Shown piece by piece: positions 34,867-44,085 of a DNA stretch of 64,000 nucleotides (positions are counted from its first letter, which is position 1; each line of letters opens with the position of its first letter). The notes under the pieces were generated by a model. That model had not been told where the DNA came from. It saw only the letters and a program-made list of their open reading frames with translations, and ran no database searches. Source of the DNA: a virus (taxonomy: Duplodnaviria; Caudoviricetes); the IMG/VR virus record IMGVR_UViG_3300020577_008405, positions 3,069 through 67,068 of that record. The stretch is one strand, 5' to 3'. The translations under genes and the position numbers were made by a program.

Positions 34867-35903
34867 TGAAAAGTAGGCATCAAGAAATCAAAATAAATAA
34901 TACCTATTCTAATTGGACGGTTACTAGTTTACCATTTTTAGATGGAAAGTTTTATAAAGTTTCTTGCCAATGCACTTGCGGTAAAACTAAAAAAGTTAAA
35001 ACACATAATTTATTGAGTGGCAAAAGCAAAAGTTGCGGTTGCATTCAACAAAAGGCCTTAGTCAAGAATTTAACTGGAAAACCATCTAAACATCGTGTTT
35101 CTGCGGCAGTAAAGGCGATTAACCAAATTCACAATTCTTATAAATTTGGAGCCAAAAAAAGATCTCTTTCTTTTTCTTTAACTAAGTCGGAATTCACAAC
35201 ACTATTACAACAAGAATGCTCATATTGTGGTAAATTAAATAGTAATCTTAAAAATAATATTAATGGATCTTTTACTTACAACGGCATAGACAGAGTTGAC
35301 TCAAATATTGGATACGAACTCTATAATGTTGTTGCATGTTGCTCAACATGCAACATGATGAAAAACGACTTACCATTAAATGAATTTTATGAACATCTTC
35401 GCGCTATAAAAACTTATACAACTAAAGATCTATTTAAGATTACTGAACGCAAATTAAATTATCTTCACGCTAAGGCTACGGCTGTTGCAGCCGCATCACA
35501 TGACATCCACACTAAAGTTGGAGCGATCGTGTTAGATGCTAAAACGGGAGCGGTCTTAGCAGAAGGTTACAACGGTTTTGTGCGGCATGCTCCTGATATT
35601 ATCTTGCCTACGAGTAGACCTGAAAAGTATGATTATATGGTCCACGCAGAAATGAATGCACTTTGCCACGCTGGGAGACAAGGCACCAAAGTGGATGATA
35701 GTATTCTGTATACAACTTTGTCTCCATGCAAGCTTTGTTTGCGCTTGATGTGGCAAGCAGGAATTAAGGATATTTATTTCAAAGAAAAATATAAAGACTT
35801 TGAGGAATGTACGTCTATGTTGGACTTAAAAGTATCTTTAAATCAAATTGGTGACTTTTATCATATGATAGTGAGTACTCGTGACCAAGCAAAAAACATT
35901 TGA
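34866..35903 (+). CDS. Homing endonuclease-like / dCMP deaminase fusion
   Basis: CQCTCG...SCGC; GIDRVDSNIGY..NVVACCSTCN; TKVGA...GYNG...HAEMNAL...SPCKLC. Confidence 0.85.
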   Translation: MKSRHQEIKINNTYSNWTVTSLPFLDGKFYKVSCQCTCGKTKKVKTHNLLSGKSKSCGCIQQKALVKNLTGKPSKHRVSAAVKAINQIHNSYKFGAKKRSLSFSLTKSEFTTLLQQECSYCGKLNSNLKNNINGSFTYNGIDRVDSNIGYELYNVVACCSTCNMMKNDLPLNEFYEHLRAIKTYTTKDLFKITERKLNYLHAKATAVAAASHDIHTKVGAIVLDAKTGAVLAEGYNGFVRHAPDIILPTSRPEKYDYMVHAEMNALCHAGRQGTKVDDSILYTTLSPCKLCLRLMWQAGIKDIYFKEKYKDFEECTSMLDLKVSLNQIGDFYHMIVSTRDQAKNI

Positions 35904-36060
35904 TAGATTGTTTTATAGCTTAAATCATAGAATTGCCTTAGAGCGGTTTTTCTTTACATTAAAGATTCTTAAACTATTTGCGCTAGACAAGAGTAGATGG
36001 TCAATAGAATTACGCTATAGTGAACAAAATGCTTTTATAGATAGACATGGATCTTTTTAA
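35881..36060 (+). CDS. LxL-motif microprotein (59 aa)
   Basis: GTG start; FFFTLKILKLFA. Confidence 0.6.
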   Translation: MTKQKTFDRLFYSLNHRIALERFFFTLKILKLFALDKSRWSIELRYSEQNAFIDRHGSF

Positions 36061-36211
36061 GAAAAGACTTAAAACCCCCTCGGGGGTATTAATTAGTGAA
36101 GTCGATCTTATTCACTTTTTTACTATGTTGAGCAAATTAAAACTAATTAATAGTGATACTAGTTATCAGGCTTTTGTGCGCTTTAGCGATAACTTAGAGC
36201 GCGTTGAGTAA
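36047..36211 (+). CDS. LxL-motif microprotein (54 aa)
   Basis: FFTMLSKLKLIN. Confidence 0.65.
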   Translation: MDLFKKRLKTPSGVLISEVDLIHFFTMLSKLKLINSDTSYQAFVRFSDNLERVE

Positions 36212-36589
36212 CCATTTAATCATACCGGCTAGAGTACCGATTGCTGCAATAGCACCGCCTAATTTTGCTAAGAAAACTACGCGAGCTTTCCACCAATCGG
36301 CGACCGCTGTCGAACGTAGTAGTTCTAATTCCACTGGTGCAATGCGCTGATCAAGTCGTTTAACATAGCTCTCAAGTAGATCAGTTCTTTCCATGTGATC
36401 TTTTAAAGAAGCTGTATTAATATCTAGAATATCTGTATTTCGCTTTAAGATTTCATTTCGCTCTTGTTCTTGATCAATGTGCATATTAAACTTAGAGATA
36501 TGAACCTCTAATTTAGTATTAATATCAGACACTTTGTCTGACATAGAATCAAGTTTCTCGACAACATTGTCGATTTTGTCGTTCGCCAT
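36194..36589 (-). CDS. Coiled-coil protein with C-terminal TM (holin-like)
   Basis: Heptads, then hydrophobic C-terminus. Confidence 0.55.
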   Translation of the reverse strand: MANDKIDNVVEKLDSMSDKVSDINTKLEVHISKFNMHIDQEQERNEILKRNTDILDINTASLKDHMERTDLLESYVKRLDQRIAPVELELLRSTAVADWWKARVVFLAKLGGAIAAIGTLAGMIKWLLNAL

Positions 36590-36600
36590 GGTAATAGTCC

Positions 36601-36933
36601 TTATTTCTGAGGAGGTTTGTCTTCCTTGTCTTTAGATGGAAGAGTTTTTGAAGTTTCCTCAGATACTGTTGCACCAGTACGCCAATTACGACCAAAATAC
36701 AAGAATGACGAAGCGTAAAAGAACTCTAGGGCGTTACTAATATCTACAACTCCCATATGTCCACTCCACTTACCAACCAAGCCTAAGATGACTAAGATTG
36801 AAGAGATGAACACTAATGTAAGAGAAACGGAACCTCTTCCTGTCTTAGGATCTCTAACCATTGGAAGAGGAACTCCGTACATATTAAAGGTTTGAACTAG
36901 CTTTTGAAGTTCTTTTAGAAGTTGTCGTAACAT
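36601..36933 (-). CDS. Two-TM membrane protein (holin-like)
   Basis: Two hydrophobic helices, charged tail. Confidence 0.55.
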   Translation of the reverse strand: MLRQLLKELQKLVQTFNMYGVPLPMVRDPKTGRGSVSLTLVFISSILVILGLVGKWSGHMGVVDISNALEFFYASSFLYFGRNWRTGATVSEETSKTLPSKDKEDKPPQK

Positions 36934-37034
36934 AGAGCACGCTTACAGGATGACTAAGGTAATAGTATCAGGTTTGCGGGTATAATTTTGTTGGACGATT
37001 GTCTAACTTTTTAAAAGTAATAAAGGAAAAACAA

Positions 37035-37412
37035 ATGAAACTTGTAAGACTTACAGATGCACGGTTACATACAGCGCTTCAGCGGCTCGGAGCAGCATCC
37101 GTACCCCTGCGGGTAGCCTTTAAGCTTAAAGGCATTCAATCTCGAGTTGAAGAAGAACTTAAGAAGTTTGAACAGTGCCGTCAAGAAGCACTAGTCAAAT
37201 TTGGCAAGAAAGACCCCGAAGGGAAATTACTTACTAAGCCAGATGGAGCAGTTGAATTTGACCCTGAGCAAATGCAACTTTTTGTTTCAGAACTCAATGA
37301 ACTTGGCGAAACAGAAGTAAGCATACCAACCTTAAATGTCATTGAACTTGGAGACAAAGTAGAATTATCAGCTAATGACTTATTTGTCTTAGAGGGCATT
37401 TTAGTCGAGTAA
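37035..37412 (+). CDS. Hypothetical phage protein (possible chaperone)
   Basis: AAGGA RBS before ATG 37035. Confidence 0.65.
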   Translation: MKLVRLTDARLHTALQRLGAASVPLRVAFKLKGIQSRVEEELKKFEQCRQEALVKFGKKDPEGKLLTKPDGAVEFDPEQMQLFVSELNELGETEVSIPTLNVIELGDKVELSANDLFVLEGILVE

Positions 37413-37430
37413 AATTTAAATTTCGTAAAT

Positions 37431-37461
37431 AAAAAGGTCGGGACTTGCGTCCCGACCTTTT
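37431..37461. terminator. Bidirectional terminator
   Basis: AAAAAGGTCGGGAC-TTGC-GTCCCGACCTTTT between convergent genes. Confidence 0.9.
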
Positions 37462-37484
37462 ATAGTTTCTAAGCTACTGATTTA

Positions 37485-37901
37485 TTATGCTAGTGCAACG
37501 CCATCGTTCGCAACTACCTGCCAACGAAGAGCACCACCAACTAGAACTGAACGAAGCATAATGCTATCGCGCGCAGCACCAAATGTCATCGTGGTGTTAC
37601 CTGCCTGATTAATACCCTGCGCTGAAGTAATTACTCGGTTACCACCGAAGACGTTCATATTCAAGATAAGAACTTGGCCTAAGAAGGTAGGAATGGCAAG
37701 CGTGTTAGTTTCAGCGCCTGCAGAGGTAATGTTAATTGTAGCACTTGTCGTTACAGGAATTGCTGCGCCCGTTCCAGGATCTGCAACTGAAAGAGGAATA
37801 TAAAGTGAAAGATTGTCAATCGCATCTGAAATTTCAGTTGCTTCAGAGCGCTTAGCGAGCGCTGCTTCTAAACGTTTACGTGCTTTTGTTGATAGAGCCA
37901 T
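37485..37901 (-). CDS. Putative virion accessory protein
   Basis: Shares N-terminus with 37985-39409. Confidence 0.7.
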   Translation of the reverse strand: MALSTKARKRLEAALAKRSEATEISDAIDNLSLYIPLSVADPGTGAAIPVTTSATINITSAGAETNTLAIPTFLGQVLILNMNVFGGNRVITSAQGINQAGNTTMTFGAARDSIMLRSVLVGGALRWQVVANDGVALA

Positions 37902-37902
37902 A
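37861..37902. repeat. 42-nt exact direct repeat (copy 2 at 39369-39410)
   Basis: Encodes MALSTKARKRLEAA in both genes. Confidence 0.9.
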
Positions 37903-37984
37903 TATCACATCCTTTGTGTATAGGAACCACCGGAGAATCCGGGGAACCATCTACAGCAATAATACCACAGGATTAGAGTTGAAA

Positions 37985-39409
37985 TTACTCGTAAATGTAA
38001 GTGCCGTATGGATTAGGTACCAACGGGAAAACTCTTGGAGAGTTACCTCTGAGAGTCACTAAGGTTCCAGTTGTACCGTCAACGGAAAGTTCGTTGCCTG
38101 ATACGCTTAGAGTAGCTGTATTCGAGATTTGAACACGAGCACCTTTTACAGCAACTATGCCGTTAGTATTGCCCGAACCAGAGCAAGTTGCTAGCGCGCA
38201 TATAGCATGATTTTGAGCACTTAAGATAGTGGTACAGCCATTAAAGAACATAGTAGTGGCAGATGCTGAAGAGAGTGTTGCACTAGCGTTGGTTGATCCT
38301 ACAGAAATCGCCGTTGTTGTGTTTATAAATCGCATGCCAGATGTTATAAGAGCCTGAGATCCAGCATTGAGACTCAAACCGGTAGTCTGACCTTCAAAAG
38401 TAGATGTTCCGATTGAATATAGAGAAGGACCTGTGCCAGTACTTATCGCAGTAGCGCCATTTCGAAAATAAGAATTGAAGAGCGTGAAATTACGTAAAGC
38501 GGTTGCAGACGTTATGCCATTGCCAGTGGTATCGTTAAAAGAGACGTAACATTTAGAGAGAGTTAGAGTAGATCCAGAAGTACAGGAAACTCCCGCCGTG
38601 TTAGTTCCAGATGTACGCAATAGACTTACGTTTGCCAGTGTAACAGTAGCGTTACGAATAGTAACTGCAGAATTACCGCTGGCTAATCCAGTAGAATCAG
38701 CCACCATTGTCGATATAGTTATATCATTGGAGTTAGGAGTTATAAGGTCGGAAATTGCTATTCGTGCTACACCAGATCCTGAGGAGGTTAACATCACACT
38801 ACCAGTATTAATTACAGTTCCGACTTCCCAGATTGAATATGCTCCGGAAAGTGCGCTATTTGACGCAGCCGTGATCGTTGTAGCTGTATTTGAGATGATC
38901 GGGTAATAAATAGAGCTAACTAAAACAAAGCGTCCACGAAGTTCATTAACTGTCCAAGACTGCCCTGCGTCTGTTAAGACAGCAGCTAAATCAACCAGAC
39001 TGCCTGTAGCAGTCCCAGATGTCGTCCCCGATGTTAGTACTGGCGCTATCCAAGTGCCAGCAATAGTAAGCGAACCTTGAGTTGGGGTCGATACCGTGGA
39101 CGGAGAAACAGGTGTAAATGCTCCACCGTTAATAGAAAAAGCGTTAAAAGAACCAGCACCAACCTGAATGATTGCAGCATTTCTATTGACCTTACGAGCC
39201 AATGAGTCAATCGCAGCTTGAATAGACCTAAACGGTTTTGTTACAGAACCATCACCAGAATCTGATCCTGTTACAGAAACATTCAATGTGAGTGCAGTAT
39301 TGACATTAGTATCTAAAACTGAGTCAATTGCATCTGCAATTTCAGTTGCTTCTGCCTTTCGTGATAGTGCTGCTTCTAAACGTTTACGTGCTTTTGTTGA
39401 TAGAGCCAT
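37985..39409 (-). CDS. Tailspike-like beta-helix protein
   Basis: VSVTGSDSGDGSVTKPFRSIQAAID motif followed by pectin-lyase-like repeats. Confidence 0.7.
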   Translation of the reverse strand: MALSTKARKRLEAALSRKAEATEIADAIDSVLDTNVNTALTLNVSVTGSDSGDGSVTKPFRSIQAAIDSLARKVNRNAAIIQVGAGSFNAFSINGGAFTPVSPSTVSTPTQGSLTIAGTWIAPVLTSGTTSGTATGSLVDLAAVLTDAGQSWTVNELRGRFVLVSSIYYPIISNTATTITAASNSALSGAYSIWEVGTVINTGSVMLTSSGSGVARIAISDLITPNSNDITISTMVADSTGLASGNSAVTIRNATVTLANVSLLRTSGTNTAGVSCTSGSTLTLSKCYVSFNDTTGNGITSATALRNFTLFNSYFRNGATAISTGTGPSLYSIGTSTFEGQTTGLSLNAGSQALITSGMRFINTTTAISVGSTNASATLSSASATTMFFNGCTTILSAQNHAICALATCSGSGNTNGIVAVKGARVQISNTATLSVSGNELSVDGTTGTLVTLRGNSPRVFPLVPNPYGTYIYE

Positions 39410-39440
39410 AATTAAGTCCTTTTAATTATTTTATCACGGG

Positions 39441-39893
39441 TTACATTCGTGCAAAAATGAGTTTAACAAGCCGATAGATCTTATCAACAATCGAAGACTG
39501 AGCTACGATAGCATCCTGGATTTCCTGAGCCTGAATAAGGCCTGCTGAGTTCTGAGAGCGAATAGAAACCTGATTTACAATAGAAACATCAGCGATATTG
39601 GAGTTAGCACCAACTAAGTTAACAGCATACTGACCGTCCTCAAATAGAATCGTATATCCGTTAATGATCTCAATCACTCTGGCAAGCGTAGTACCACCTA
39701 CTGATACAGGAGGATTGTGGCTGTGAGTGGCTGGATACAGCATACCGTCTTCTGAGTCTTCAAGATCTTTAAGAATAAGTCGGAAAGCGTTAATATCCAG
39801 CGAGCGAATCTCAGTAGGTACTAGCTGAACCACAGCGAGGTCAGCCTTAGGAATGTTGATTATCCGTGTACCCCAGTCAATTGTTATCGCCAT
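39441..39893 (-). CDS. Putative virion protein
   Basis: Structural cluster, GAGG RBS. Confidence 0.65.
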   Translation of the reverse strand: MAITIDWGTRIINIPKADLAVVQLVPTEIRSLDINAFRLILKDLEDSEDGMLYPATHSHNPPVSVGGTTLARVIEIINGYTILFEDGQYAVNLVGANSNIADVSIVNQVSIRSQNSAGLIQAQEIQDAIVAQSSIVDKIYRLVKLIFARM

Positions 39894-39904
39894 TTACAAC
39901 CTCG

Positions 39905-40105
39905 TTAGCGCGACGTAGGTCCAGATCCCATAAGCATAGCGCGTAATAGATTCACCGTTCTCTCTAGATTATCTATTCTACTATTAAGTGTTGTAATCGT
40001 AGAGTTAAGGCCATCAATTTTGACCTGTTGAGCAAAGACCTGATCTGACATGCCCTTTAATGTCTGTCTGACAGTTTCGGTGTTACGGCGATTTAGTTCG
40101 TCCAT
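39905..40105 (-). CDS. Small coiled-coil protein
   Basis: Adjacent ORF. Confidence 0.55.
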   Translation of the reverse strand: MDELNRRNTETVRQTLKGMSDQVFAQQVKIDGLNSTITTLNSRIDNLERTVNLLRAMLMGSGPTSR

Positions 40106-43100
40106 TTATTGGTCCGGGATAAGTTGTAAGGTAGTCGATAATCCAGTTGTACTAGATACTGTACCAGAAATACCTGCTGTTCTGTACTTTGTCTTTGCAG
40201 GGAAAGAAGGGCCAGTGTGTGATGTCCAGGTCCCGCTTCCACCATTTACTAAAGTGTTTTCGTTACCTGAAATGTCAACATAAGGATTAACAGTATCATT
40301 AAGCGGCCACTCTGCCTTTAGACCAGCGGTACGAACAGGATCGAAGTTAGTGCGTTCTGCTTCGATTTCTGCATCTGAAAGTATAGCATCCCAAACTCTA
40401 GCGTGTGAAACGATTGCTGCACCCAGATACAAGTTTCCTGATGTTCCGTAGTGAAGAATTCGCTGAGTGGTACCTAAGAGAGCTTCCGTTCCTGTGTACT
40501 TAGTAACTGCCGCACCTTCTGTACCTACATACAAAGCTAGTGATGTTCCGTTGCGAACAACACCAACGAAATACCAAGTTTCGACAGTTAAGGTAGGACC
40601 AGTAGCTATAGTAGCAAATCCATATCCGTTTGTAAGTGTTAATACACCACCATTTAAATAGACAATGAAGTTAGATCCGTTTGCTTCTGCTTCAAATGGA
40701 ATTGAATCAGTTACACCAGTAGGACGTTTAAGCCAAAAGGTCGTACTAAAGAAATTAAGATCAGGAACAATGGTCAAATCAACAGTTTTAAGAGCATCGC
40801 CAATTGCATTGAAACCTAAGCCACCTGGCGAAGCAGTGTCGGTGCCATAACGAGCTCTGCCAGTAACGTTTTGGCTTGATGCTAATGAACGAATATCAGA
40901 AATGACTCCGCTGCCGTTTGTCTTTCCAGCAATTAGGACGCCTGTCGTAAGGATAGTTCCTGTAGCAGGTGTTGTAGGTGTACCGCTTACTTTGAACGTG
41001 AACGTATTAGCGCCGGTACTAGTAATAATGTGAAGACCATTATATTCAGCTTGATTGGCTCCCTTAATTAATGCTTTCGAACCTGTAGTTAAACCGTGAG
41101 CTGTACATGTTGCTGTCGCAGTTGAACCAGTGCGAGTAATAGTAGTTGATTTCTGATATGGTAACGGTCCAGTAGCATCTGCAGCGGTAACTAGTACGCG
41201 TGCTCCAGAAATCACGCTACCTGAAGTCGCATCGATTGCAGTGACTTGCGTAGTGACCGGCGCAATAATTAATGTTGTTGAAGCACCAGTACCATTTCGA
41301 ATAGTTGGTGCAGTGCCATTGGTAATAGTAAGCGTTACTGCACCACCAGAATCATTAAAGATTGCCGCACTGTTTGTTCCATCAGCTCCAAAGCTTGTCC
41401 AAGTATTTCCGTTGAGAGTGAAGCTTCCTGTCGCGGTTAAACGTAGAGCATGACCGCCGCCACCAGTAAAAGTGCACAAAGAAAACTTATCTGGTGTTGC
41501 AGTAGAAAGCCATCGATTGCCTGATGCAACTGCTGAAACATCTAGCAAACAACTAGTAAAAGTAGATGTACTGTTAGTTGTAACAGAATCATTAGTCGTT
41601 GGTACTGCCTTGATAGTACTTGAAAGTAAAGTCAAACTTGAAGCATCAATAGTTGAATAATCGTTGATTGTAAGGCCGGTTACTGTAATTGCCTTATTAA
41701 GCGTGATTGTTCCTGCGCCAATAACTGACAATCCTGAAAAGTTGTATGTAGCAGACGCACTAGCACTTGCATGTAAGCCCCACTTATAGCGGCTTGGAGA
41801 GCTGATAATGCTATTCTTGTGAATGATAGTGTCTGAAGCACCAGGATAGTAAATCAGACCAGCATAGTTATCAACACTATTGTAGTAAACTTCTTTTAAT
41901 GTCTTGTTGTATTGCCGAGGAAACTCAGCGGCAGTAGCATCGAGCGAGAGATAGACTGGGTTGGTACCACCGTCACCGATCTGTACAGGACCAAGGAATA
42001 GTGCTTGGTTGGCACCTTGGCGAATAGCTGAACGTCGCTCATGTCCATCAGCATAAGAAGCAACGATTTGGTTCATACTCAATGGATTGGCAGCATTGCC
42101 ACCCGCAATAGTGCAAGTATCAAGTGCCCAAACACTTCCCGCTAACCAGTTAGCCGCGACGATTTTGGAGCTAACCATTAGTCCAATTTCAGTAATAGAA
42201 GCCGTATTTAAAGTTCCCGTAGTTTGTAATAAACCAGCGGTTGCATCAGTATTAATAACAACCGGTTGGTGACGCTGAACGCCCCATGAAGTTCCGGCAC
42301 CGGCAACATGCCATACTTTAAAGTTGCTTGTAGTTGATGCTAGACCGATAGCAACACCGCAAGCACCAGTGAGCGCCGCAGAGTCTGTCGTTTGAATGTC
42401 GACGGGTAAATAAGGTTGAATGTGAAAAAGGATATTCTTTGATGCAAGAGTAGTACGTGCAACAAGAGTAGTACGTGTTCCTGCGAATGAACCGTTTGTC
42501 GTCACGCCGGTAAAGTTATTCATAGCATGGTATGAGTTAATACCAGAGTCTGCGCGGGTCACAGTAGCGCCACCGTTTGCCAACGGACGCCCATTAATTG
42601 TTCCAGTGAACGGTGTAGTAATAGTAGCAGCAGGAACAGAGTCGCTGTTAAATGCAGCGCCTGTAAAAGGCGAAACATAAACAGAAGCATCAGCCGAACA
42701 ATATCCAGGAATAATGGTTGCACCAGTTGCAGGAGGGTTAATGGCAATGACTGCTTGTGTAGCAACAAGCGCAGACATCTGGGACATGGTGACAGTTGGT
42801 GTTACTCCAGCTACTGCTTGAAATCCCCAAGCACAACCATCTGCATGAGCCGCACCATCCTTACCAGCAATAAGTTGACAAGGACCCTCAATGATTGATG
42901 GAACAGAAGCACCGTCAGGCGCTGCTGCCCAAATTAGTAAACAATTATTTCTATTAGTTGTTAATGTGGGTAGGTTCTGCTTTGAAGTATTGTTATTTGC
43001 ATTTGCAAACTTCGTTGAGTTAAAAGGTGTCGAAACAATACGCTCGTTGTTAGTTCCTGTTTCTGTCACTAAACCTGTTCCAGAAGTCACCGTGATTGTA

Positions 43101-44071
43101 TCGTTGGCGTTGGTTGTCGTAGTGATGCTCTGAATAATCTTAGTAGTATTGTTACCAGCGTTTGTAAAACCAGTCATGTCAATGGTGTCGTTAACTTCAA
43201 AACCATCAGTGGCAAATGAGCCAGTTGTGCGAATAAAGGTTCTATTGGTTGCATTGACGTTAATAGTTAGTGCAGCTGAACCTGTATCATGAACTTGAGC
43301 AACATCCCGGATAGAAATGAGTTCTACGTCAGCAGTTTCAGCGGTAGTGTTGTAGAAGAATGTTGTAGCGACTGGCTCAGATGCTGAAGCAATTTTCCAA
43401 ACCACTGTTAGTGGCGCAGGCGTTGTACCAGCGTAGTAAGCAAACAACTGTTTCCAACCAGATGAACCGCTTGTTTCAACTGGGATAACCCAAAGTTGCG
43501 TACAGACTGGACGAGTAGTGATGCTTGTGAAAGCACTGACACGGCTACGGAGCCAATAGGCACTAACACCGTTTACAGTTGTTGTAGCCCAGTTTGTCTG
43601 CGGAACGTGAGTTACGCGAGCATGTACAGTTGTAGCTGCCTTAAAACTTGTCGTACCGTCTGAAGGTGTATTAACAGTGACCCATGCCGCGCCATTCCAG
43701 TATTCCCATGTATTGGTCCAAGTTCCTACGCCAGCAGTACTAAACAAAAAATCAACTTCGCTAAATGTTGTAGCAGAACCTACGTAAAAAGCGTCATTGA
43801 CTGTGGGTGCCGCGGCAACAGGAAAGAAGTCTGCAGCTGTCGCGTCGTTCGCGGCTGTGTCATAGTTTGTAAAGGCACCGAGGACATCAAGACGTGCATA
43901 TTGCGCAGGCATACCACCAATGACGTTTTGAGCTGCAGCTGTTGCAGAGTCATCCATCGAAATGATGGCAAGTAGTAAATCGCCTGCTACATAAACAGGG
44001 GTCGGCGCTTCGACATGCTTAAATGTCGTCGTAGCGTGATACCCCTGACTGAAGTCTCGAATCGCCGGCAT
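40106..44071 (-). CDS. Large tail fibre/adhesin with LamG-like domain
   Basis: 1321 aa T/G/A/S-rich; WYFVGVVRNG...RVWDAILSDAEI. Confidence 0.8.
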   Translation of the reverse strand: MPAIRDFSQGYHATTTFKHVEAPTPVYVAGDLLLAIISMDDSATAAAQNVIGGMPAQYARLDVLGAFTNYDTAANDATAADFFPVAAAPTVNDAFYVGSATTFSEVDFLFSTAGVGTWTNTWEYWNGAAWVTVNTPSDGTTSFKAATTVHARVTHVPQTNWATTTVNGVSAYWLRSRVSAFTSITTRPVCTQLWVIPVETSGSSGWKQLFAYYAGTTPAPLTVVWKIASASEPVATTFFYNTTAETADVELISIRDVAQVHDTGSAALTINVNATNRTFIRTTGSFATDGFEVNDTIDMTGFTNAGNNTTKIIQSITTTTNANDTITVTSGTGLVTETGTNNERIVSTPFNSTKFANANNNTSKQNLPTLTTNRNNCLLIWAAAPDGASVPSIIEGPCQLIAGKDGAAHADGCAWGFQAVAGVTPTVTMSQMSALVATQAVIAINPPATGATIIPGYCSADASVYVSPFTGAAFNSDSVPAATITTPFTGTINGRPLANGGATVTRADSGINSYHAMNNFTGVTTNGSFAGTRTTLVARTTLASKNILFHIQPYLPVDIQTTDSAALTGACGVAIGLASTTSNFKVWHVAGAGTSWGVQRHQPVVINTDATAGLLQTTGTLNTASITEIGLMVSSKIVAANWLAGSVWALDTCTIAGGNAANPLSMNQIVASYADGHERRSAIRQGANQALFLGPVQIGDGGTNPVYLSLDATAAEFPRQYNKTLKEVYYNSVDNYAGLIYYPGASDTIIHKNSIISSPSRYKWGLHASASASATYNFSGLSVIGAGTITLNKAITVTGLTINDYSTIDASSLTLLSSTIKAVPTTNDSVTTNSTSTFTSCLLDVSAVASGNRWLSTATPDKFSLCTFTGGGGHALRLTATGSFTLNGNTWTSFGADGTNSAAIFNDSGGAVTLTITNGTAPTIRNGTGASTTLIIAPVTTQVTAIDATSGSVISGARVLVTAADATGPLPYQKSTTITRTGSTATATCTAHGLTTGSKALIKGANQAEYNGLHIITSTGANTFTFKVSGTPTTPATGTILTTGVLIAGKTNGSGVISDIRSLASSQNVTGRARYGTDTASPGGLGFNAIGDALKTVDLTIVPDLNFFSTTFWLKRPTGVTDSIPFEAEANGSNFIVYLNGGVLTLTNGYGFATIATGPTLTVETWYFVGVVRNGTSLALYVGTEGAAVTKYTGTEALLGTTQRILHYGTSGNLYLGAAIVSHARVWDAILSDAEIEAERTNFDPVRTAGLKAEWPLNDTVNPYVDISGNENTLVNGGSGTWTSHTGPSFPAKTKYRTAGISGTVSSTTGLSTTLQLIPDQ

Positions 44072-44085
44072 AAGCTCTTCTCTCC

